Origin: Clostridia bacterium | GTDB taxonomy: Bacteria; Bacillota; Clostridia; Oscillospirales; CAG-272 | Length of the DNA: 64,000 nt | Reading direction: 5' to 3' | Assembly: GCA_017936565.1 (NCBI GenBank) | Contig: JAGBFG010000012.1 | Span: forward strand, 2,254-66,253 | Shown here: in pieces, positions 1-7,913 of the stretch | Layout: each line of letters starts with the position of its first letter | Position numbering within the stretch: position 1 is the stretch's first letter | Position numbers and translations under genes: made by a program | Notes under the pieces: generated by a model | What the model saw: only the letters and a program-made list of their open reading frames with translations | Told to the model about the DNA's origin: nothing | The model's database searches: none

Positions 1-1233
1 GAAATCGCACTTTATGACATTGACGCGGAGCGCTTAGAAGAATCCTTTTTGTTAATAGACACGATGAACAGCCGCTTCAACGAGAAGCGCGCCTCTGTAA
101 AGAAATATCTTGGCGTTGAAAACCGCAAGGCTGCCTTAAAGGGCGCTTCCTTTATTGTGAACGCCATTCAGGTTGGCGGGTACGAGCCCTCGACGGTCAT
201 TGACTTTGAAATTCCCAAAAAATATGGCTTGCGCCAAACGATTGGTGACACCTTGGGCATTGGCGGTATTTTCCGTGGGCTTCGCACCATTAAGGTTTTG
301 GACGATTTTGCCAAGGACATTGAAGAGGTCTGCCCTGACGCGCTCTTCTTGAACTACACAAACCCCATGGCGATTTTAACAGGCTATATGCAGCGCTATA
401 CAGGGGTAAAGACGATTGGTCTTTGCCACAGCGTTCAGGTTTGCGCTGACGCTATTCTCAGTGGTGTAGGTATGCGGGATAAATTAGAGGGACACAAGGA
501 GAAAATCGCGGGCATCAACCATATGGCTTGGCTGCTCGAAATTGCGGACAAGGACGGAAACGACCTTTACCCCGAAATCCGCCGCCGCGTCAGCGAAATG
601 ACCGCAAGCGGCGAAGCCAAGAGCGACCTTGTTCGCTTGGATTACATCAACAAGCTGGGCTATTACTGCACCGAAAGCAGCGAGCATAACGCGGAATACA
701 GCTCCCTTTACATCAAAACCCACCGCCCCGATTTGATTGAAAAGTTCCAAATTCCCCTGGACGAATATCCTCGCCGCTGTGTCGACCAGATTGAGAAATG
801 GAAGACCTTAAAGGGCACCCTGCTCAAAAACGGGGACGTGGAAAACGTCCGCTCCCGTGAATACGCCTCTCACATTATGGAAGCTATCGTCACAGGCAAG
901 CCCTACTGCTTTGGCGGAAACGTTATCAATAACGGTTTAATCTCTAATCTACCCAAGGACGCTTGCGTTGAGGTAAGCTGTGTGGCGGATAACACGGGCA
1001 TTCACCCGACGTACGTTGGCGAGCTTCCCTTACAGCTTGCCGCTATGAACAGCACCAATATCTATCCCCAGCTCTTAACCATTGAGGCTGCCCACACAGG
1101 CAAGAGAGAGACGCTTTACCAAGCCGCTATGTTAGAGCCGCACACCGCCGCCGAGCTTTCCACGGACGACATCGTCGCCCTTTGCGATGAGCTAATAGAA
1201 GCGCACGAAAAGAGTGGGTTCCCGATTTTATAA
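1..1233 (+). CDS. GH4 family alpha-galactosidase/alpha-glucosidase (MelA/AglA-like); 5' end lies outside window
   Basis: Frame of ORF 49..1233 stays open back to base 1 (EIALYDIDAERLEE...); GH4-type motifs GLCHSVQ and INHMAW; hairpin terminator follows. Confidence 0.85.
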   Translation, partial: EIALYDIDAERLEESFLLIDTMNSRFNEKRASVKKYLGVENRKAALKGASFIVNAIQVGGYEPSTVIDFEIPKKYGLRQTIGDTLGIGGIFRGLRTIKVLDDFAKDIEEVCPDALFLNYTNPMAILTGYMQRYTGVKTIGLCHSVQVCADAILSGVGMRDKLEGHKEKIAGINHMAWLLEIADKDGNDLYPEIRRRVSEMTASGEAKSDLVRLDYINKLGYYCTESSEHNAEYSSLYIKTHRPDLIEKFQIPLDEYPRRCVDQIEKWKTLKGTLLKNGDVENVRSREYASHIMEAIVTGKPYCFGGNVINNGLISNLPKDACVEVSCVADNTGIHPTYVGELPLQLAAMNSTNIYPQLLTIEAAHTGKRETLYQAAMLEPHTAAELSTDDIVALCDELIEAHEKSGFPIL

Positions 1234-1258
1234 GAGTGCAACTAGATCAATTTATAGG

Positions 1259-1289
1259 AAAAGGACAGAGAATTTTCTCTGTCCTTTTT
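1259..1289. terminator. Bidirectional hairpin terminator
   Basis: aaaaggacagag / ctctgtcctttt stem flanked by A-run and T-run, between convergent GH4 and abrB-like genes. Confidence 0.7.
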
Positions 1290-1321
1290 ATTAAGGTAAA
1301 AGCACGGCAAACAAATTTTAC

Positions 1322-1498
1322 CTAATCTTTATGCTCTTCCCTTTTCACAAGTATATATTCAGGATTTTTAATCAGTACACCCTCATTGGTAATTTGAATT
1401 TTCACTTCATTTTCAAGCTTGAACAATTTCCTCATTTCTATGGGAATACATATTCTTCCCATCTTATCTATTTCTCTTCTGATTCCGATTTTTTCCAT
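1322..1498 (-). CDS. AbrB/MazE/SpoVT-family DNA-binding protein (58 aa, below ORF-track cutoff)
   Basis: Own minus-strand translation MEKIGIRREIDKMGRICIPIEMRKLFKLENEVKIQITNEGVLIKNPEYILVKREEHKD fits the AbrB swapped-hairpin N-domain pattern (R-x-I-D-x-x-G-R-I-x-I-P); + strand ORF 1331..1531 is its antisense shadow. Confidence 0.8.
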   Translation of the reverse strand: MEKIGIRREIDKMGRICIPIEMRKLFKLENEVKIQITNEGVLIKNPEYILVKREEHKD

Positions 1499-1520
1499 AT
1501 AATATTTCCGTTTTTTTGGT

Positions 1521-1587
1521 TTGTCCTATGAAAGGACAACTTAATTTTGAAATTAGTATATCATAAAATATGTCTTATGTCAAGACA
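1521..1587. promoter_or_regulatory. Two related inverted repeats (TTGTCCT-N5-AGGACAA and TGTCTT-N5-AAGACA) in divergent abrB-like/xre intergenic region; probable operators
   Basis: Read directly: ttgtcct 1521-1527 / aggacaa 1533-1539; tgtctt 1571-1576 / aagaca 1582-1587. Confidence 0.5.
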
Positions 1588-1611
1588 AAATATACAAACG
1601 GAGATTGCACA

Positions 1612-1851
1612 ATGGCAAGAATGATTGACGGCGAGAAGAAAAATCTGATAGGTGGGAATTTGAAGCGCTTACGGCTGAAAGTAAAAATGAGTCAGCAGGC
1701 GTTGTCTAACAAGCTTGAACTGCTGGGAGTCTACATTTGCCGCGGCTCTGTTTCGAGAATTGAGGACTATTCGCGTACTGTCACCGACATTGAGCTTTTT
1801 GCCATTGCAGAGGTTCTTGGCGTTGACCCTAAGGAGCTGTATACAAAATAA
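1612..1851 (+). CDS. XRE-family helix-turn-helix transcriptional regulator
   Basis: IGGNLKRLRLKVKMSQQALSNKLELLGVYICRGSVSRIE is a typical HTH_3 pattern; ATG 1612 preferred over track start 1570 because GGAG lies 9 nt upstream. Confidence 0.85.
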   Translation: MARMIDGEKKNLIGGNLKRLRLKVKMSQQALSNKLELLGVYICRGSVSRIEDYSRTVTDIELFAIAEVLGVDPKELYTK

Positions 1852-1871
1852 GTTTTGCTTTATGTTCCAAA

Positions 1872-1973
1872 ATGAAATCAAGGCAGGGGGAGCCTGCCTT
1901 GATGAAATCTGCCCTTAGGCAGATGAAGTCCAAGGCGCGCCTTGGATGAAGTCTTCCCTTCGGGAAGATGAAA
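1872..1973 (+). repeat. Array of four sequence-divergent hairpins separated by conserved (G)ATGAA(A/G) junctions
   Basis: Hairpins 1878-1902, 1908-1923, 1929-1946, 1952-1968; ATGAAR at 1872, 1902, 1923, 1946, 1968. Confidence 0.6.
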
Positions 1974-2023
1974 AAAGTGCCGTCGGCAGTCCCCACTGTG
2001 TGGGGCGCCGACGGCATTTTTTT
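1971..2023. terminator. Bidirectional terminator between xre and isomerase genes
   Basis: aaaaaa-gtgccgtcggc...gccgacggca-ttttttt. Confidence 0.75.
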
Positions 2024-2864
2024 ACAGACCAAAGGTGTCGCGAAGGTAGTCGCGGCTGATTTTGGCGGCTTCAAGCTCGGTCATGCCGTTATAGGTTTTA
2101 TCCTGTTCCACGATGACGACCTCAACGCCTGCTTCCTCAGCGGCGGCAAGAATTTCGGCAAAGTTCTGTCTTCCCTGTCCGAGGGGACGGAACTCAAAGG
2201 CGTTCTCCTCGCGCGTGGGCTTCTTCATTGGCTTACCGTCAGCGCCGATTAAGTCGTAAACGGGGCCGCTGCCCAATTCCTTGCAGGTGAAGTCCTTTAA
2301 GTGCAACAGGTCTACCCGACCACTGAACTCTTTGATTTTATCAACGGGGTTGATGCCTGCGTAATGTACCCAGCAGGTATCAAGCTCGGGCTGGATACGG
2401 TCAGCGGGAACTGCCTCGAAAATATAATCGTGCAGATATTTGCCTTCGAATTTTTCAAATTCGAACTCGTGGTTATGGTAGCCAAGCCACATACCGTTTG
2501 CTTTGAGCAAATCGGCGATACGATTAAAGAGTGCTTTGGTTTCTTCCCATTGCTCAGAGCCTGCCAGCTTCTTTTGGTCATACCACGGAACAACAACGTA
2601 TTTCACGCCGAACGCCTTCAAGAAGGCAACCTTTTCCTCGGGGTTTTCGTTGAAGAAATCAAGACCCTGGTGAACGGAGATGCACTTCAAGCCGATTTTA
2701 TCCAAAATGGCTTTGATTTCCTCGCCGGTACGTCCGTAGTAGCCTGCAAACTCCACGTATTCGTATCCCATATCCTTGATTTTTTGCAGAGTTCCTTCAA
2801 AATCCTGCGCCATTGTATCGCGCACGCCATAGAGCTGAATACCAACCTTAAACTGTTTCATCAT
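2022..2864 (-). CDS. Sugar phosphate isomerase/epimerase (xylose isomerase-like TIM barrel)
   Basis: MKQFKVGIQLYGVRD...YEYVEFAGYY...LGYHNHEFEF pattern typical of AP-endonuclease-2/xylose-isomerase-like family; start chosen at ATG after AAAGGA. Confidence 0.8.
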   Translation of the reverse strand: MMKQFKVGIQLYGVRDTMAQDFEGTLQKIKDMGYEYVEFAGYYGRTGEEIKAILDKIGLKCISVHQGLDFFNENPEEKVAFLKAFGVKYVVVPWYDQKKLAGSEQWEETKALFNRIADLLKANGMWLGYHNHEFEFEKFEGKYLHDYIFEAVPADRIQPELDTCWVHYAGINPVDKIKEFSGRVDLLHLKDFTCKELGSGPVYDLIGADGKPMKKPTREENAFEFRPLGQGRQNFAEILAAAEEAGVEVVIVEQDKTYNGMTELEAAKISRDYLRDTFGL

Positions 2865-2900
2865 CTTTATTCCTTTCACTTGTTGTGTTATAGGACAAAA

Positions 2901-4298
2901 TTAGTTTCCCGCGTCTTCCACGAAAAGCTCACGGACAGCGGGGGTTTCTTCGGCAGGCTTATACTTCTCTGCCAAGAACTTGGCGGCAACCTGTGGGAAG
3001 AGAGCGTAGCTCAAAACGTCCTCAGGGCATTTGGCAAGCTCGCCTGCTTCTGCCTTTTGCTTTTCAAGCTCGGGCTCAATCAAATCGGCAGGACGGCAGG
3101 TAATAACCTCTTCATCGCCAATCGCTTTTTTACGCACTTCCTCGTTGACCTTACCGGGAACCTGCCCGTATTCGCCACGCAGAAGTCCCTTGGATTCCTT
3201 CGTTACCATTTTGTAGCGCTCGCCCGAGAGGACGTTGAGAACCGCCTGGCTTCCTACGATCTGGGAAGTGGGCGTTACCAAGGGGGGATAGCCGAAGTCC
3301 TCGCGCACACGCGGAACCTCTGCCAGAACCTCATAATATTTATCCTCTGCCTTGGCCTGCTTCAACTGAGAAATGAGGTTGGAAAGCATACCGCCCGGAA
3401 CCTGATAAAGAAGGGTGTTGGGGTCAACGTTGAGAACCTTGGGGTCAAGCGAGCCCTGCTCCTTGAGCTTTTGAGCAACCGCGCGGAAATGAACGGCTGC
3501 CTCTGCCAATTTGCCAAGGTCAAGCCCTGTATCTCTTTCTGTTCCCTTCAAGGTGGCAACCATCGCCTCGGTAGAGGGCTGAGAGGTGCCGTTTGCCAAG
3601 GGAGAGAGCGCGGTATCAATGATATCAACGCCTGCCTGGCAAGCCATAAGGTAGGTCATATCGCCCGTACCCGTGGTGTTATGGGTATGCAGGTGAATGG
3701 GAACATCCACCTTTGCTTTCAGGGCTTTTACAAGAGAATACGCGTCATAAGGCAAGAGAAGGTTTGCCATATCCTTGATACAAATGGTATCCGCGCCCAT
3801 ATTGACCAATTTCACAGCCAAATCCACGAAGTATTCCTCGTTGTGAACGGGGCTGATGGTATAGGAGAGGGCTGCTTCACAAATGCCGCCATACTTCTTG
3901 GTGGCAGAGATAGCCTTTTCCAGATTGCGCGTATCGTTCAAGGCATCAAAGATACGAATAACGTCGATACCGTTTTTGATAGAAAGACGAACAAACTCCT
4001 CTACCACGTCATCCGCATAGTGACGGTAGCCCAAAATGTTCTGCCCACGGAAGAGCATTTGCAGCTTTGTGTCGGGCATTGCGCGGCGAATGGCGCGCAA
4101 GCGCTCCCAGGGATCTTCTCCCAAAAAGCGCATACAGGAATCAAAGGTAGCGCCACCCCAGCACTCTACCGACCAATAGCCGATTTCGTTGAGCGCCTTG
4201 CAGGCGGGGAGCATATCCTCCAAGCGCATTCTGGTTGCCGCTTGGGACTGGTGCGCGTCACGGAGAATGGTATCCGTAATCAATAATTTATTTGCCAT
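2901..4298 (-). CDS. Carboxyltransferase (alpha/5S-type) subunit of biotin-dependent Na+ decarboxylase; lacks its own biotinyl domain
   Basis: LITDTILRDAHQSQAATRMR..., HLHTHNTTG motif of the HMGL-like/oxaloacetate decarboxylase alpha family; 465 aa ends before any AMKM motif. Confidence 0.85.
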   Translation of the reverse strand: MANKLLITDTILRDAHQSQAATRMRLEDMLPACKALNEIGYWSVECWGGATFDSCMRFLGEDPWERLRAIRRAMPDTKLQMLFRGQNILGYRHYADDVVEEFVRLSIKNGIDVIRIFDALNDTRNLEKAISATKKYGGICEAALSYTISPVHNEEYFVDLAVKLVNMGADTICIKDMANLLLPYDAYSLVKALKAKVDVPIHLHTHNTTGTGDMTYLMACQAGVDIIDTALSPLANGTSQPSTEAMVATLKGTERDTGLDLGKLAEAAVHFRAVAQKLKEQGSLDPKVLNVDPNTLLYQVPGGMLSNLISQLKQAKAEDKYYEVLAEVPRVREDFGYPPLVTPTSQIVGSQAVLNVLSGERYKMVTKESKGLLRGEYGQVPGKVNEEVRKKAIGDEEVITCRPADLIEPELEKQKAEAGELAKCPEDVLSYALFPQVAAKFLAEKYKPAEETPAVRELFVEDAGN

Positions 4299-4321
4299 AC
4301 TTTTCTTTCCTTTCCGTTATA

Positions 4322-5653
4322 TCAGAGCCAACCCGCAGACATCGAAATAAACGCGCCCGCTGCAATCGCGGAGCCAATAACACCTGCGACGTTTGGTCCC
4401 ATTGCGTGCATCAAGAGGAAGTTGGAAGGATTTTCCTTTTGCCCGACAGCCTGAGAAACACGCGACGCCATAGGAACGGCGGATACGCCCGCCGAGCCGA
4501 TGAGAGGGTTGATTTTCTTGCCCTCGGGCAAGAAAAGGTTCATAAGCTTCGCAACCAAAATACCGCCCGCAGTACCACAGCCGAAGGCGATAACGCCCAT
4601 AATAATGATGGCGATGGTCTTCAAATTGATAAAGGTAGCGGCGGTTGCCGTTGCGCCAACGGTAACACCCAAGAAGATAGTAACGATGTTGATAAGCTCG
4701 TTTTGCACCGTTTTAGACAGGCGCTCCGTAACACCGCTCTCACGGAAGAGGTTACCAAGCATCAAGCAGCCGACGAGCGAGGTCGCATCGGGCACTAAAA
4801 GCGCCACGAACACCGTCACGACAATGGGGAACAAAATCTTTTCGGTCTTGGAAACGGTACGCAGGGGCTTCATCACGATCATACGCTCTTTTTTGGTCGT
4901 CAGCGCTTTCATAATGGGGGGCTGAATGACAGGCACCAGCGCCATATAGGAATAAGCGGCAACGGCAATAGGCCCTAACAGGTGAGGTGCGAGCTTCGAG
5001 GTCACAAAAATAGCGGTAGGACCGTCGGCTCCGCCGATGATACCGATAGAGGCAGCCTCGAAGAAATCAAAGCTAAGCCCGGGGATATTCAAGCCGCCAA
5101 TGGAAACGGCGGCGGCAAAGGTCAGGAAAATGCCAACCTGCGCGCCAGCGCCGCAAAGCATAGACTTGGGGTTAGCGAGCATAGGACCGAAGTCGGTCAT
5201 AGCGCCAATACCAAAGAAGATAAGGCAGGGGTAAATACCAAGCTTTACACCGAGATACAAATAGTCCAAAAGGCCCGCGCTGATGTAAGTTCCGTGCAGA
5301 GTTGTACGGATGGTTTCCATCATGGTCTCGCTGACCAAAATCAAATCGGGATTCGCCTTGGCTTCCTCTGCGATGGCGGTAAAGTTGTTTACGTCAACAA
5401 CACCGCCGCCAAACAGATCCCAGTTCACGTGACCGCCCGCGAACAAAATCTCGTGGAACATTTCAGCGTCGGGAAGATTGGTCAAAAGCATACCGAAGGC
5501 AATGGGTAAGAGCAACAACGGCTCAAACTTTTTTACGATTGCCAAATAGAGCAAAACGCAGGCAATGACAATCATGACTGCAGCTTTCCAGTTGTCCCCC
5601 TGAAAGAGACGGGCAAAGCCGCTATTGGTAAAAAAACTCACTATGGCATCCAT
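4322..5653 (-). CDS. Na+-translocating decarboxylase beta subunit (OadB/GcdB/MmdB family)
   Basis: Polytopic membrane protein, FEPLLLLPIAFGMLLTNLP and GSAGVSAVPMASRV signatures; operon context. Confidence 0.9.
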   Translation of the reverse strand: MDAIVSFFTNSGFARLFQGDNWKAAVMIVIACVLLYLAIVKKFEPLLLLPIAFGMLLTNLPDAEMFHEILFAGGHVNWDLFGGGVVDVNNFTAIAEEAKANPDLILVSETMMETIRTTLHGTYISAGLLDYLYLGVKLGIYPCLIFFGIGAMTDFGPMLANPKSMLCGAGAQVGIFLTFAAAVSIGGLNIPGLSFDFFEAASIGIIGGADGPTAIFVTSKLAPHLLGPIAVAAYSYMALVPVIQPPIMKALTTKKERMIVMKPLRTVSKTEKILFPIVVTVFVALLVPDATSLVGCLMLGNLFRESGVTERLSKTVQNELINIVTIFLGVTVGATATAATFINLKTIAIIIMGVIAFGCGTAGGILVAKLMNLFLPEGKKINPLIGSAGVSAVPMASRVSQAVGQKENPSNFLLMHAMGPNVAGVIGSAIAAGAFISMSAGWL

Positions 5654-5687
5654 AACTGTTTTTACGTGTCCTTTCCTTTATCTCGGC

Positions 5688-6071
5688 TTATGCCAAGGTG
5701 CAAAGAACCGTGCCGGATTCAACGGATGCGCCCTTCGTCACGTTAACAGAAGCAACCGTTCCATCGGCAGGAGCCATAATTTCGTTTTCCATTTTCATTG
5801 CTTCGAGAACCATCAAAACATCGCCCTTTTTCACAGCCTGACCTGCGGCAACGTTCACGGAAAGAATGGTACCGGGCATGGGGCTTGCAACAGTGGTGCT
5901 ACCCTCTGCGGCAGGGGCAGCAGGAGCAGCGGCAGGAGCAGGGGCGGCAGCAGGAGCTACGGCAGGAGCGGCAGCAGGAGCTGCGGGAGCAGCTTTGATA
6001 TCATCCTTATTGATCAGTTCAATGGTGAATTCGTAAACTTTTCCATTCAGGGTTACTCTGTAAGCGTTCAT
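5688..6071 (-). CDS. Biotin carboxyl carrier subunit (biotinyl domain with Ala/Pro linker)
   Basis: EAMKMENEI biotinylation motif; AP-rich linker. Confidence 0.9.
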   Translation of the reverse strand: MNAYRVTLNGKVYEFTIELINKDDIKAAPAAPAAAPAVAPAAAPAPAAAPAAPAAEGSTTVASPMPGTILSVNVAAGQAVKKGDVLMVLEAMKMENEIMAPADGTVASVNVTKGASVESGTVLCTLA

Positions 6072-6090
6072 TATCTTATACCTCTTTTTA

Positions 6091-6381
6091 TTATTTAATT
6101 TCTTTTAAGGATACTACACGGATAGCGGAAACATCTGTTCCCAATTCTTCGGCAACTGCCGCGCTGAATGCCACAACCAACTCATCACGGTTGGGAATGG
6201 GTTGCGCTGCTTGGCTTGACGCGGGGTTTGCGACAGGGGATGTCGCTTGTGTCGGCGCTTGCGCTTCGGACTCATTCGGAATGAGCGCTTTGCAAAGCTT
6301 GCCCATCATCGCAACAATGGCAATCAAGCAAATCAATCCCAAAAACACAATAAAAAGACCGACAAAAACAACGGTTGTCAT
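6091..6381 (-). CDS. OadG-like gamma subunit of Na+ decarboxylase
   Basis: Single N-terminal TM helix, small size, first gene of the decarboxylase operon. Confidence 0.7.
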   Translation of the reverse strand: MTTVVFVGLFIVFLGLICLIAIVAMMGKLCKALIPNESEAQAPTQATSPVANPASSQAAQPIPNRDELVVAFSAAVAEELGTDVSAIRVVSLKEIK

Positions 6382-6505
6382 AGGAAGCCCTCCTTATTTT
6401 TATATTTATTTTAATTATTTTAATTGTAACCTTTTTCCATTTTTTTTGCAATGCGTTTTCTTTATGTTAACATAAAATTTACACATAAAAACGGCTTGAA
6501 AAGCG

Positions 6506-7027
6506 TCAGTCAATATAAGTGATATAGCCATTTTTTCGGGGCGGCGCTTCCCTTTTAGGCTCATTTGCATATCCAACCGCCAAATGACCGATGCCCTCAT
6601 AATCGCCCGCAATCCCCAAGGAAGCCAAAATCTCCTTGCCCCTCTCTGTTTCAAACTCTTCCTTGGCGCGATGAATCCAACAGCTGCCAAGCCCCTCGGC
6701 TTGTGCGGCGAGCATCATATTGCCAAGAACAAGACTGCCGTCATACAAATAGGTAGGGGCACTTTTATCTGCCAAGACGACGAAAATGACAGGGGCGTTA
6801 TAAAAGGGGTCTTGCTCTGTGCCCATTATAGCGGCATTCATCTTGGAAAGCTCATCCCGCAGGGCTTTATCGGTAACGGCAAGAATAATGGGAGACTGAC
6901 GGTTTCTTCCCGTTGCGGCGTAGCTACCCGCTTCGGCAATGCGTTTTATTTTTTCTTTGGGTACGGCGTCACTCTTATAAGAGCGGACACTGCGCCGCGC
7001 CAGGATGCTTTCCAAAACAGCAGACAT
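6506..7027 (-). CDS. Nitroreductase family protein
   Basis: MSAVLESILARRSVRSYK... classic nitroreductase N-terminus; ATG 7027 follows GGAG (track start 7132 rejected). Confidence 0.85.
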   Translation of the reverse strand: MSAVLESILARRSVRSYKSDAVPKEKIKRIAEAGSYAATGRNRQSPIILAVTDKALRDELSKMNAAIMGTEQDPFYNAPVIFVVLADKSAPTYLYDGSLVLGNMMLAAQAEGLGSCWIHRAKEEFETERGKEILASLGIAGDYEGIGHLAVGYANEPKREAPPRKNGYITYID

Positions 7028-7197
7028 AAAGGTCTCCTTTTCAGACTTTGCGAACTTTGTTATTATTTTATCAATTATTATTCTATCATACTCCTTCCTT
7101 TTTTGCAAGAGAAATACGCCAATTTTAGCCAAAAAACTTGCATTTTTTTTCCTTTTATGCTAAAATAAGGGCGTAAATAAAAAAGGAGCTTTGCTTT

Positions 7198-7872
7198 ATG
7201 GTGACCTTGGGAAACGATTGGGACGAAATATTGGCAAGTGAATTTCAAAAGGAGTATTATCAGCGGCTTCGACGCATTTTGGCAAGCGAATACCAAAAAT
7301 ACCGTATCTTCCCCGATATGTACGATATTTTCAATGCCTTTCGGTACACGCCGTACCACAAGGTAAAGGTGGTTATTTTGGGGCAAGACCCTTATCACGA
7401 GATAAACCAAGCCCACGGGCTTTCCTTTTCCGTGCCCGACGGCACGCCCCTGCCGCCCTCTTTACAAAACATTTTCAAGGAATTGGAGAGCGACCTTGGC
7501 ATTCCCCGCTCGGCAAACGGTGACCTTTCCTCTTGGGCAAGGCAGGGGGTGCTGCTTCTGAATGCGACCTTAACCGTGCGAGAGGGGCTTGCCAACAGCC
7601 ATCAGAGCATTGGCTGGGGGCAGTTTACCGACAGGGTCATTTCCTTGCTTAACGACTCCCCTTCCCCCATTGCTTTCCTGCTTTGGGGCAATTTCGCCAA
7701 GCAAAAGGCATCGGTCATTACAAATCCCCGACACCTGATTTTGACCTCGGCACACCCAAGCCCCTTATCCGCATCCCGCGGCTTTTTCGGCTCCCGTCCT
7801 TTTTCTCGCATCAATGCCTTTTTAGAGCAAAACGGGCTCTCGCCTATTGACTGGGCACGGACGACTGTATAA
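7198..7872 (+). CDS. ung: Uracil-DNA glycosylase
   Basis: VVILGQDPYH and HPSPLS motifs. Confidence 0.95.
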   Translation: MVTLGNDWDEILASEFQKEYYQRLRRILASEYQKYRIFPDMYDIFNAFRYTPYHKVKVVILGQDPYHEINQAHGLSFSVPDGTPLPPSLQNIFKELESDLGIPRSANGDLSSWARQGVLLLNATLTVREGLANSHQSIGWGQFTDRVISLLNDSPSPIAFLLWGNFAKQKASVITNPRHLILTSAHPSPLSASRGFFGSRPFSRINAFLEQNGLSPIDWARTTV

Positions 7873-7913
7873 ACCAAGAGCGTTTGCCAACGAACACGCG
7901 GCAAACGCTCTTT

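Noticed and set aside
1331-1531. 66-aa + strand ORF
   Set aside because: It is the antisense of the clearly AbrB-like 58-aa minus-strand gene.
1878-1968. Hairpin array as a CRISPR or tandem-repeat locus
   Set aside because: Only the 5-6 nt junction is repeated. The stems differ and units are 21-30 nt, there is no repeat/spacer architecture, and no cas genes are present.
2301-4286. 661-aa ORF on the + strand
   Set aside because: It lies entirely antisense to two strongly supported minus-strand genes (isomerase and carboxyltransferase). Its sequence is low-complexity with no motif, so it is a shadow ORF.
5890-5995. Repetitive GCAGCAGGAGC-type DNA
   Set aside because: It encodes the Ala/Pro-rich flexible linker of the biotin carrier protein, which is a normal feature.
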